DNA of 64,000 nucleotides from Haliotis rufescens (Eukaryota): NCBI RefSeq assembly GCF_023055435.1, contig NW_025964112.1, positions 37,634,001 to 37,698,000 of the forward strand, read 5' to 3'. Shown piece by piece: positions 52,627 to 64,000 of this stretch (position 1 is its first letter; each line of letters starts with the position of its first letter). The notes under the pieces were generated by a model. It saw only the letters and a program-made list of their open reading frames with translations, ran no database searches and was not told where the DNA came from. The position numbers and the translations under genes were made by a program.

Positions 52627-52945
52627 TTGAATTTGAAGCACTCACGACGTTCAGCAGACAGGGTCTGTCGTAACATAAACATGGTGTTACACGGAGAGGA
52701 GGGACGACCCCGGATCATGGGAACAGGCAGCCGCTTTCATCTTATCGCGCATCAGAATCGTAAACAACCGATTGTTTTTATTCCCTCTCGTTCTGTAATA
52801 CACGGGATTATAACAATATTTAAAGCTGGAAAGAGAGGCGTCGCTGAACAGGTAAAGCCAACCAGCGTGATTATCAACCAGTATTGGGTGAAAAGGTTTA
52901 CCAGAAGACACGTCTTAATACCACCTCGCTAAACAGACGTGCGCC
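52627..52945 (+). pseudogene. Candidate decayed cystine-knot-like paralogue
   Basis: RRSADRVC; PIVFIP; TSV..YWVKRFTRRHVLIPP aligns by eye with 44k TSV..GWKTRRFRFSSVYPP. Confidence 0.3.
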
Positions 52946-53189
52946 ATTTTGACAGGTCAAGAGATCTCGAGGCAACGAGATCTCGCGGTACCAGATGATA
53001 CCTTCCTATTGCACAACATAAAGGAATCCATTGATCGCCGGATATCATTATGTAAAACGCGATCTACACACATCCACGTTCAATCATATTACTTCCTCGG
53101 CAACACCCGCAGATATATCACAATAACAGTGGTGCTCGTGCACAATAGTGTCATTACAGTGCTTTAAGTGCAATACATGAGTAAATGAG

Positions 53190-53344
53190 AGAGCATGTTT
53201 TATGCCTCCTTTGGCAATACTCAGCAATATCACAGCGGGGGACACCAGAAATTGGTTTCACACATTGTACTTATGTGGGGAATCGAACCCGGTTCTTAAG
53301 CATGACGAGCGAACGCTTTAACCACTAGGCTACCCTCGGCCCCT
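53190..53344 (-). mobile_element. tRNA-derived SINE family A
   Basis: homology to other copies. Confidence 0.85.
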
Positions 53345-53887
53345 GAATACATACAGACAAGCTAATATGATCGCAGCAGTCAACTCAGTCATGACCTTGA
53401 AGTCAGTGACGAATCACCAGAACGGGGTAAGGTTTGGAGTCTTGTAAAATTCGACACATAGTCTATTCTAGTCAGCTATTTAATAGTGCTTGTTGAGTGA
53501 AAAATATCGACATTGACCTCAAGTAAGCCGTTATGGCATAGTTCATGATTGGGCTTCATTAGGATTGCAAGGAGATCCTTCCCCCTCAATCTCCTTGACA
53601 AACGACCGCATCAGCGCGAGTGTCGCTGACTTGCTAATCCCCTGGAATCCATGTTGAACAAAACCTCATACCCAGAGCCCAATAATGAACGATTACAGCC
53701 AGGAGTTTTTTATTTTATTCGATTGATGGCTCTCTGGTCCTACCTTATTTTTTCCCCTGACTCGCCAGTCTTTCGGTCCCGTTCCTTCGTTCTTCTCTGG
53801 ACCGTGTTGGGAATTGTTGTGTTCGGGAGTTGTGATCAGTTTCCGAGACATCTGTTCTGCAACCGTTATTCCTCACATCGCCACGGA

Positions 53888-54352
53888 TGTTTTGTTTGTT
53901 TGTTGTTAAACGCCGCACTCAGCAATATTTGAGCTATTTGACGGCGTACTGTCAATAATCGAGTCTAGACCAGACAATCCAGTAATTGAAATCATGAGCA
54001 ATAATCCAACTGGGATTCGATGACATGCATCAACCACTCTAGTCTGTCTTACAGACCCTGATACAAATATATATCAAATACAGCCCATGCAAGTCTATAA
54101 TGTTTGGCAAGTCTAGATTACTGCAGTATCAGGAATTGAAGAGAGTCACTGGGTCCTTTTTATTATATTTTTATTAAGATAACTGAACAACGGTTTTTAT
54201 CTGTACGATATGTTCATTTCAGAGACTAGATGTTAGTCCAGAACCGCTCTGACCACCCGATCCCGTTAGTCGCCTCTTACGACAAGCATAGTCGCCTTTT
54301 ACGGCAAGAATGGGTTGCTGAAGACCTACTCTACCCCGGGTCTTCACGGGTC
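53888..54352 (-). mobile_element. SINE-like family C interrupted by an AcademH-like element (54040-54240)
   Basis: the two SINE halves are colinear across the insert; degenerate 9-bp TSD caaccactc / gaaccgctc. Confidence 0.85.
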
Positions 54353-54499
54353 AGATTTACAATAAGACAAAACGGAATGTTCGTTTGGTTACATGGGTAC
54401 CAAATATCCGTCATGTTGTAGTAAACACCTGACGTACAACAACAACAACAACAACAACAACACCTCGTTCAGAATCTACGTCCTCTGTTAATCCGGAAG

Positions 54500-54918
54500 A
54501 CTGCAACCTCTATCAACAGAGTGCACCACACTCGCTACCAACGGGGTATACTGTGTACTCGCTATCAAGCAGTTATATTGCATTCTGCACTAATCAGGCT
54601 GTTTGCGTTCCCTGTCATCCAGGTAGACTGCGTTCTCTGTCAACAATGTAGGCTGCGTCCTTTATGAACAGGTAGACTACATCCACTACCAATAGTATAT
54701 TGCGTTCTCTAGCAACCAGGTATAGTATGTACTAGTTAGCAACCAGTTATATTGCGGTCTCTACCAACCAGGTACATTGCGTTCTCTACCAACCAGATAT
54801 ATTGCGGTCTCTGTCAGTGAGGTAGACAGCTTTCTCTATCAAACAAGTATATTACATTCTCTAGCAAGCAGGTATATTGTGTAATCGCTATTAACCAGTT
54901 TTATTGCGTTCTCTATAG
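54500..54918. repeat. Degenerate 25-bp minisatellite (attgcgttctctaccaaccaggtat)
   Basis: attgc at 54751, 54776 and 54801. Confidence 0.75.
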
Positions 54919-54954
54919 AGCTCTCGGTGTTCTTATCTGTAAATTTAAATTAGC

Positions 54955-55600
54955 GGGTGGTATGTCATTTTCTTTTTTTAATAAACTGTATGATAATCGT
55001 ATTCAGCCTATACTTTCGTATGGTTCGGCTATCTGCGGCTTCAGGCAATTTAGCTGTATTAATTCTGCTCAAAACAGAGCTGCTCGTTTCTTCCTTGAAG
55101 TTAATAACACAACTCAAAATATATCAGTCAATGGGGTGGACGAGCCCACTTACAAGACAGCATATTGAAATATTACGTTTGGGGCGGGGAATTCAAATGG
55201 TCGGCCACAATAGGCTTCTTTGTTGGGTTAGTAAATTGTCTACAAAATTCCGTAAATCCTTCATAAACATTTTTTTGGCTTTGCTTAACAGTTAAGATGT
55301 AAATGTCTCCGACGGTATGCATTTAACTCGATTTTATCCGTTTACAATTTTAGTTATTAGCGTTAGATGAGCATAACTAGTATTCAGAATTGGGGAATGA
55401 TAGAGGTTCACAGAATGGAAATAAGCTTCGTACTTATCATCTTCCCGAGGCAAGCGCGTTAACTGACTATAAAAGTCCAGTGGAAACTGGACTATTAAAG
55501 TCAGTTAACTCTCTTGCCTCGGGAAGATGCGTACTTATAGATTGTTCAAACATTCGCTGAAGAAGATTAGATACATTTTCTCATTAATTGTCTATTTAAT
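54955..55600 (+). mobile_element. Decayed non-LTR retrotransposon ORF2 C-terminal fragment (CR1/L2/RTEX-like)
   Basis: KLYDNRIQPILSYGSAI..SCINSAQNRAARFFL; GNKLRTY|RLFK restored when the MITE is removed. Confidence 0.75.
55438..55529. mobile_element. 92-bp palindromic MITE (catcttcccgaggcaag TIR family)
   Basis: perfect 9-bp TSD cgtacttat. Confidence 0.9.
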
Positions 55601-55652
55601 ACTGACTTAAGATATGATTTAGGATTGAGAATTATTAAGTCTGATCCTATTA

Positions 55653-55657
<5 letters not shown>

Positions 55658-55720
<63 letters not shown>

Positions 55721-55727
55721 TCTCTCT
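55658..55727. repeat. (CT)n microsatellite
   Basis: direct reading. Confidence 0.95.
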
Positions 55728-56222
55728 AAAACGTTTTTGCTAAACAGTTTGTGGCATCATAACAAACACATGCAAAGGCAAGTCTCGTTCCACCTGAAAT
55801 TAGTATAATTGAAGAATTGAAGTCCTTCCTCTTGTTATACAGTTCTGGGATAGTGTTTGTCCCTCAGTTACATTATGCATAAATCTACATGTGTGAAACA
55901 CGTGAGGCCGGTTTTATGTCCAGCTCAGGTCGGTTAATCACTGAAAGGGAATTGGCTATTCGTCCATTATTAAACGATATCAGATCATGGATATATACCT
56001 AAAGCTTAAGTTAAACTTTCTGGCCAAATTACCTGGGGGGTTTTATTTTGTCAATCCGACTCGATTACATAGAGGTAACGGTAATCATTAAAGGAAAATA
56101 GCTACAAAATATATGCTAGAGAATCTGTCCCTCTTCCTTCACATCTTGTTAAAACTATTCACTTACGCTCACCTTTTCTCGAACACCTGGTATCATCAAA
56201 ATCTGTTAGTGATTCATAACTA

Positions 56223-56410
56223 CAGTAAACTACGGTTATAACGAACTCAAATATACCTCTAATTTAAGTTCGTTATAACCGTAGTTCGTTATAATCATAC
56301 ATACAACATCTATACAGCAAATTGCGGGGGGGGGGGGGGGGGGGGGGGAATTAAGTTCGTAATATCGGTCAGTTCGTTATAAGCGTGTTCGTTCTAAACG
56401 TATTTTACTG
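56223..56410. mobile_element. Tigger/pogo-type MITE (opposite orientation, internal poly-G)
   Basis: cagtaaa..ttactg ends with TA flanks. Confidence 0.8.
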
Positions 56411-56570
56411 TACATGCTTATGATATCGTCGGAATCGTAGATTGGCCTCTGTTTTGGTAGATAGTTCTATGTCATAATGGAAAGGGTTTTGTCGTTTGTA
56501 TTTACACCGTCGGATCACATACATGGAATCAGTTCATGTTTCTTGTTCTCAACCTCTCGTAAACAATTAA

Positions 56571-56731
56571 TGAGTGTGTATAGTTTTAAGCCGCTTTTGG
56601 CAATATTACAGCAATATCACGGCAGAGGACCTCAGAAATGGGCTTCACACATTGCACCCATGTCGGGAATCAAACCGGACCTTTGGCGTGAAGAGCGAAT
56701 GCTTTAACCACTAGAGTATTCAACCGCCCCG
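56571..56731 (-). mobile_element. tRNA-derived SINE family A
   Basis: homology to other copies. Confidence 0.8.
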
Positions 56732-56811
56732 AAAACAATAACCCACACTTTTTTCAAGAGACTCGCAATATCGCACGAACGACATTCCATCAAGTGTTCT
56801 GTACAAACATT

Positions 56812-57030
56812 GGTCTAGTGGTAGAGCGTCCGGGGTTCGATCCTAAAAAGAAGGTACTTGTTGTTACCCTGTCTGGCGCTCGGCATTAAGGGGCTAAAAC
56901 AAGGGCTGGTCGGCTCGGAGTCAGTATACTGTGTCTGAGTGGGGTATTCATGTTAAACTGTGGTATGGTATCTCAGTGGGCTAGCACTATACATCGGCAT
57001 CAGTACGGTCTAGTACAAGCTGACACGCGC

Positions 57031-57076
<46 letters not shown>

Positions 57077-57140
57077 TATATATATATAAGTGCAATAATC
57101 TTGGACGTGACGTTAAAACCCATTTCACCTAACCTCACCT
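56812..57140 (+). mobile_element. SINE family B with internal deletions and (CA)n
   Basis: homology to other copies. Confidence 0.85.
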
Positions 57141-57779
57141 CTAAAAACACACAAAGCTTGTTCCTGAATATAAAGAAACTATCGCTGAAACGGAACCTTG
57201 ATCTTTTCTGCCCTGAAGATTCCGCCATGTGAGGATGACTCAGCAGTTATCGTCTCTTCCCATGTATCATTCTGAAGACTTTTTTTCTACGCTCTCCATG
57301 TTTGAGATACTTGACTACTAGGATACTGGAGACAGAGAAAAAAACTCCCGTTGTTGAAGCGGATAGCCGGAGCGCTCATTACCGCTTTGTTTGTTTAAGT
57401 AACCGATGTCGCATTAACGCCTGCACGTGTTAGCTTGTGCAATTCATTAATTGATGCCGTTTTGAAGACCAGAGTTGTCACAGATCTCATGGAATGCACG
57501 TGTTTGGCTGTCTGGGACAGCTGTTTAAATTAGCCAGATGTTTATGCAGACGCATGCATATGCAGGCAAATATGTGCAATTTGGAAAATGTGTTGAAATG
57601 AATAAAGCTCATGAAATTTTTTCTATCGTAATGAGTTCCATGCATTGCCATTATAATGAATGTGTTGGTGATCTGTGAAGGCCTTTGGGGGAACTGAATA
57701 TCTTCGTATACTTAAACTGATTAGGGGCGAACAGTAGGAAGCTTAATGTTGTATTTAATGTTGGTGTTGAGAATTGTCA

Positions 57780-58480
57780 ACCGTAGAAGTAGTAGAAAAC
57801 AGTGTGAGAAGTAGAATTAGTAGAAACAGTAGTACTAGTAGAAACAGTAACATCCGTAGCAGGAGAGGTAACAGCATCCTAGTTGTAGCAGTAGCTGTAG
57901 AAGTAGTAGCAGTGACAGCAGCCGTAGTAGTTGCAGCAACAGTAGTAGAAGTAGCAGCAGGCGTAGCAGAAGCAGTAGCAGTAGCCGTAATAGTAGCAGC
58001 AGCAGTATTTTTAGTTGAAGAAGCAACAGCTGTCGCAGCAAGAGTAGTAGCAGCAGCCATAGTAGTTTCAGCAGCAGTCGTAGCAGTAGTAGAAAGAGCA
58101 GCAGCCGTAGTAAATGTAGAAGTAGCAGCAGACGTGGTAGAAGCAGTAGCAGCAGCCGTAGTAGTAACAGCTGTCGCAGCAAGAGTAGTCGCAGCAGTCG
58201 TAATAGTTGCCGCAGCAGTTGTAGCAGGAGTAGTAACATCAGCTTACTGGCGACCGTAAGTACTGTTAATTGGATGTAGTAACAATAGAGTTGTGAGTTT
58301 GGTACCATTTCCTGCTCGTCACAGATTCAAGCAGAAGCTGCAGGAATAGTATCAGCTCCAGTTTGTAGCGGCCCAAGTACTGGTAATCACGGCAGTAGTA
58401 GTAGTTGCAACAGTAGAAGTAAAGGTAGTAGCCGTTGCAGCACTGACACCAATACTAACTGGAAGTAGTTGATAGCTAGC
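57780..58480. repeat. Degenerate (GTA/GCA)n trinucleotide low-complexity tract
   Basis: direct reading. Confidence 0.9.
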
Positions 58481-58811
58481 TTGATGGTGATAGTAGCCCC
58501 AATAAAGGATTTCGTACCAACAGAGCAGGCCAAAAGTGAGTGAGGGAGTTGAGTTTGACGCCGCTTTGAACACTAATACGAGTGTCATCTTTTTGTGAGA
58601 GGAACGCACGTGGGGATGCAACTGTACCGTATTGGCGCAACGCACATGCATAGGTATGGCGCTGTCAAACAGTAGTCTAAGATGCTGATAGATGCTGATA
58701 GATTCATTGAGCAGACATTCATTTGGACAGGGTAGAGTTATGGGTATGGGCCCTCCAGTGACTCCACCCTGAGCCAACATTTCCAGCGATTGAGCCAGAT
58801 TACATTACACC

Positions 58812-59012
58812 TAGACTAACATATAGTCTCTAAAATGAACATATCGTACAGAAAAAACAGTTGATCAGTTATCTTAATAAAAATATAATAAAAAGGGAGC
58901 CCAGTGATTCTTTTCATTTTCCTGATACTGCAGTAATCTAGACTTGCCAAACATTATAGACTTGCATGGGCTGTAGTTGATATATTTGTATCAAGGTCTG
59001 TAAGACAGACTA
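58812..59012 (+). mobile_element. AcademH-like non-autonomous element
   Basis: TAG..CTA ends; perfect 9-bp TSD cattacacc. Confidence 0.85.
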
Positions 59013-59642
59013 CATTACACCGTGTCGGGTAGGATCAGCTATGTTGAACAGTTATACTTCCGCCTCTGCATGAGTGATATTCATACACCGAACCAACTGT
59101 GATCACCAGATGCTTAATATGTTTGCTTCCAAGTCCCAAGCTATCTTCAGAATCGCCATTGTCATCACGAAACTCCCCCGAGGGGATTCCGGGTTAGAAT
59201 TGGTCCTCAACGACTGTGCTGGTCGTAAGATGCGATTAAATGGCTCGGGTGGTCAGGCTCGTCGAATGGATTGATAGCGTGCCATCGTGCTCCGACAACG
59301 TGGATAGCTGCACAAATATGAATCACTGGATTGTCTCGATCATTTACAGACCGTGATGTAGCGGGAATATTGCTGAGGACGAAACAAACGTCCTACCATC
59401 TCTGGTGAAATTGTAACTATTTCTGGCAGCCGTATCTCATAAGGCTGTGCTGCGTTTGTGCAGGACATGCTTACCCTTTTCCCGAACACCTGGTGTCATC
59501 ACCGAATTTCAATGACCCATCATGCAATTAATTTTCACCGCCTTTTGTTTTTGCTGCGCAATGCAATCTGTTTCGGCGGATTATCGGCGGACTGGTTATT
59601 CTCTGGCGTTGACGTTTTATATTCTGTCGTCCGAGACTTCAG

Positions 59643-59828
59643 ACGCTAATACACATCACCACCGCACCCACATGTACTGCCGGCACCGTGAAGAACGATC
59701 CGGGGCTATCGGCCATGCAGCACCTGCTGATGCACGTGGGCTGCCCCGTCGACGTGAGGGACGTGATGGCGAGAGATGCACGTCATCGTTCACAACACAT
59801 CCTCACTTACACACGGCTTGTGCTGTGT
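59643..59828 (+). CDS. Probable internal coding exon (62 codons, phase 0-0), unidentified protein
   Basis: cttcag acceptor, tgt/gtaagc donor, strongly GC3-biased frame TLIHITTAPTC..VGCPVDVRDVM..RLVLC. Confidence 0.6.
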
Positions 59829-60076
59829 GTAAGCATATTTATTTCATTCATACCATTCTCACGTTTATGACATAGAGCACGGTTGTTTACACATGGCTGC
59901 CGCATACGCCACGGCATCGCTACGCGTTCTGCATCCACGGAGGCTGCAGGTCCAAATGATGTAGGATGTTACAGTTGATATATGTGGCTGTAGACGGAAT
60001 GATATATTGAGTCGGCTTTGTAGGATTACAAGTGACTGTTTTCTGTACACGTTGTACCTACGACTCTATACTTACA

Positions 60077-60331
60077 GACCCGTGAAGATCCGGGTAAAGA
60101 ACAGGTCTTCAGCAACCCATGCTTGCCGTAAACGGGTAGCATGCTTGTCGTAAAAGGATCGGATGGTCAGGCTAGCTGACTTGGTTGATGCATGTCATCG
60201 TATCCCAATTGCGTAGACCGATGCTCGTGATGTCAGTCACTGGATTGTCTGGTCCAGACTCAATTATTTACAGACCGCCATCTCATACTGGAATATTGTT
60301 GAATTCGACGTTAAACAACAAACAAACAAAC
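60077..60331 (+). mobile_element. SINE-like family C, full length
   Basis: gacccgtgaag head and (aaac)n tail. Confidence 0.88.
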
Positions 60332-60789
60332 GTAGTAGTACTATACCAGTACACTTTTCGTCTCTAACGATATTGTGCGTGTTGACATCTGATGACATCT
60401 ATTTAAGTGTGATGAAGAGACGATATTTCTAGATGTTTTAGATGATGATGCTTATGTCCAAGAAGAAAATAGATCATAAATATAAATGTTGCTTTTTTAA
60501 ATTAACGCTTTTTACAATTTGTTTACTAATTTGTAATAAATTGGATATATAGGGACGATTTCATGAAAGTATTGAAGATAGGGTGAAATGAGATCAAATA
60601 AAATCAAAGTAAATGTCTTTTATGACGAGTAGGTGTTATTTACTTTACCCGGTGACCTACTTCGATGGTGTTTAAGATAAAAGAGACTTGACTGGTTGAT
60701 TTAAAAAATATATATTTATCCGTAAATCAATTAGTTTTATAAATAACACACGGTGAGTGGTAAATAGTTTGATTTATATGTCGTGCTGG

Positions 60790-63700
60790 TGTTTACATGA
60801 AACAAACAAATGCTTTAACTATAAGGGAAGAATGGGGTAATAGGAATTGTTTTTTTAATTGCCTTCAAAGCAGTTCTAGAGGTGTGGCCATACTTTGTTC
60901 AAACTTCTTGGATTTTGATTTCCATAGTACAAAAACCGACGAGGAAGGAAACATGATAACTGTTGATCTCTCTATAAACAAGTACAAACTAGCTATCATT
61001 AATATCTACGGTCCGAATACCGATGATCCGCCTTTTTTATAAAAATCTCGATATACTGATTCGTTCCCTTAATAGCGATCATGGGGTGTGGCGATTGGAA
61101 TGTGGTACAAGACTATGCGACCCGTTAAGATCCGGGATAGAATAAGTCTTCAGCAACCCATGCTTGCCGTAAAAGGCGATTATGCTTGTCATAAGAGGCG
61201 ACTAACGGGATCGGGTGGTCAGATTCGCTGACTTGGCTGATGCATGTCATCGATCCCAATTGTATGGATCGATGCTCATGATATTAATCACTGGATTTTC
61301 TGGTCCAGACTCGATTATTTACAGACCGCCATCATATAGCTGGAATATTGCAGAGTGCGGCGTTAAACAACAAACCAACCAACCAAAACAAGACTACGCT
61401 ATAGATACCTACAACTATAAGAACACAAATCACCCAAAGTAAAGAGAGAGAATTATAAAGCTTAAGGACGAACAGGATTTAATTGACCCGGGGAGAAATC
61501 GAAACCTTTTTGAAAGACCATACACCTGGCGACAACCCAATCCCTTAAAACAATCTCGTTTGGATTATTGTCTAGTTTCTCACAATATCCTCCCATCTAT
61601 CACGGCAACTATAATTGAACCTAGTTTTAAATTAGACCACCCCATATCTATCGTTTTCAACTTATCTGATTTGCCACATAGTAAAAGGCTCCTGGAACTC
61701 TCTTCTGAGGAACACAAACTATGTGAAACTGATTATAAATGTAATTTCCAATAACAAAGAACAATATAAAACTCACAACATTTGCACGGAATTCAGTATT
61801 GATGATCAATTATTCTTCGAAACGCTGATTTTAATGATAAGAGGAGAAACGATTAAATATTCATCATATAAGAAATGAAGAAAGAGAAACACGCGAAAAG
61901 TGCTATCAGAAATGATTAAAAAAACTCCTAGATGTGGCAAACGACCTTTGCAAAAAACAGAATTACCTAATGAAATAAATAAAATGCAAGAAGACTTGGA
62001 AGATATTAATAAAATTAAATCACAAGGTCTCATTGTGCGGCCCAAAGCAACCCGATTCTTAAATTCTTTTGGAAAGATATTGGAAAATATTTAATCAAAT
62101 CTCTTAATATGGCATATAAGAAAGGTGAATTATGAATGTCACTGAAACGAGATCTCATTACCTGCATTCCTAAAGGGGGCAAACCAAAGGAATATTTAAA
62201 AAAATTGGCGACCTATTTCTCTTTTATCGGTGTTCTATAAAGTTGCATCACTTACATTATCTCGAAGAATCAAACCAGGACTTGATTTATTGATAGATGA
62301 AGACTAAATAGGTTTAATGTCTGGAAATTATATTGGCGAGATTACTGGACTAAATTATGACTTGATGGAACATACAGAAACGTTTCAAATACCAGGATTA
62401 CTGCTTCTATTTGACTTCGAAAAGGCCTACGATACAGTTGATTGGACATTCATTGATAAAACATTATGCTTCTTTAAATTTAGACATTCTATTCGAAGAT
62501 GGATTACTGTATTTTACGAAGGAATTCAATCAAATGTATTAGTCAATGGTTATGGATCAGATAAGTTTAGTATCATCGGAGGCTGTCGTCAAGGAGATCC
62601 GATTTCACCCGATTTATTCATTTTGTGTGCTGAAATGCTAGGAATAATGATCAGAAATAATGCAGATATAAAAGATAGCATTTGGGTAATGTTGAATTCC
62701 TCATACAGCAGTTTGCAGACGATACAACTTGTATATTAGATGGAACTGAACGTTGTCTTCATGCTGTACTGCCCGTACTTGATTTGTGTGCACGATTCTC
62801 TGGGCTAAAAGTAAACATTCATAAGACACGGCTTATTTGGATAGGGTAAAAAAAAAAATCAAGAATGAAGCTATGTCAACAATGAAAACTACACTGGACT
62901 CAAGGTCCCTTTGACCTCCTTGGAATATCCTATTGTCTTGAAGAAATGATTTATTTGAATTATTAAGAGTGTTTTAGAAACTGTGAAACGCTAATGTCAA
63001 TTTGATCCCCCGCGGCAGAAATATAATTTTAAATCTCTTACTTATGCCCAAACTATACCATGTGTTTGCAGCTCTGCCAAACCCCCTTACACGAAAATGG
63101 ATGATTTTCAAAAGAAATGTTTCCAGTTTATATGGGCCTGAAAACCAAATAAAGTAAAAAGAACTCAGGTGATTTGTGATACAACAGACGGAGGTTTTAC
63201 TGTTCCGAAAGTGTAAGAAATAATAATGACCAAAAAACAATCAATTGTTAGAAGATTCTTTAAAAAGCAATCAAAATGGGGTACTCTTTTTTAAATGAAC
63301 TTACCGAAAGTGGGACAAGGGTCCATATTTGAATACAACTGCTAATATTTAAGAAACTCTATGGTCAAAACGATATGAAACGACGTTTACAAAGATCTCC
63401 TGACCTCTTGGTGGAATTTCATTTCATCTATTCATTCCACAGAACTATCAGAAATCGACATACTTACGAATATTGTGTGGTTAAATCAAAATATCCAGAT
63501 TAATGGAAAAGGGATATTCTATGACATTTGGTACAGAAAAGGCATATGCTATGTAAATGACTTGTTAAACGAGAAAGGTAAATTTCTATCCTTTGAATCT
63601 TTTGTTAAGAAATTTAATTTACAAACAAATCTCTTGACATACATCGGCATTATAAACTCCATAATACATTACTCGGAAGCAAAAGTATCATGTGGAAGAA

Positions 63701-64000
63701 TGTGAGACCCCTTTAAATCCCATTAGATCCTTTAATATGCAACACCTACAGAAATGTGAAAAAGGCACTCAATACTTTTACAAACGTTTAGTTAAAAAAC
63801 ATTGTGTAAAAGATCAACACTCCATAAAGTGGGAAAATATAGAAATATCTTTAAATGACTGGACAAACTATAACAGCATACCCTTTATGTGCATTATAGA
63901 TACTAAGCTTAAATGGTTTCAATACAAAATTCTACACCAGGTCCTACCAACTAATAGCATATTATTACAAATGGGATATGTAGACAGCAATACATGTAGC
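60790..64000 (+). mobile_element. Decayed L1/Tx1-clade LINE ORF2 (APE endonuclease, RT, zf-RVT region); runs off window end
   Basis: SRGVAIL, NIYGPN, GDWN, WRPISLL, DFEKAYDTVDW, GCRQGDPISP, QFADDTT, FQYKILH..LPTN; many stops and frameshifts. Confidence 0.93.
61119..61387 (+). mobile_element. SINE-like family C inserted in the LINE endonuclease domain
   Basis: TSD acaagacta(t/c)gc (61107-61118 / 61388-61399). Confidence 0.92.

Noticed and set aside
57755-58780. Ala/Val/Thr/Leu-rich ORFs
   Set aside because: Trinucleotide low-complexity tract; no splice or homology support

Overview
AT-rich, repeat-dense eukaryotic (animal) DNA. The SINE set points to a mollusc, probably a vetigastropod such as abalone; this is inferred from recalled repeat motifs and is not verified. 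No complete intact host gene is visible. Well-supported content: a full-length Tc1 (DD34E) transposon with one premature stop (10886-12418); a decayed L1/Tx1-type LINE ORF2 (60790-64000); a Penelope-like RT fragment; a second LINE fragment; four SINE families with TSDs; several MITE families, two of them with 9-bp TSDs; six tandem arrays, one internally inverted; a minimal hammerhead-ribozyme motif; and a few orphan exon-like segments. The most unusual signal lies in the unique DNA between repeats. It appears to hold roughly 8-14 highly diverged, frameshifted or stop-disrupted paralogues of a small secreted protein: signal peptide, basic processing site and a cystine-knot-like Cys pattern (CxC or CxxC, ~30 aa, CxGxC ... 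C, ~31 aa, PxxCxC). They are spaced every 3-6 kb on both strands and look like a pseudogenised gene-family cluster. This reconstruction was done by eye, allowing frameshifts and single-base reversions, and needs statistical testing.
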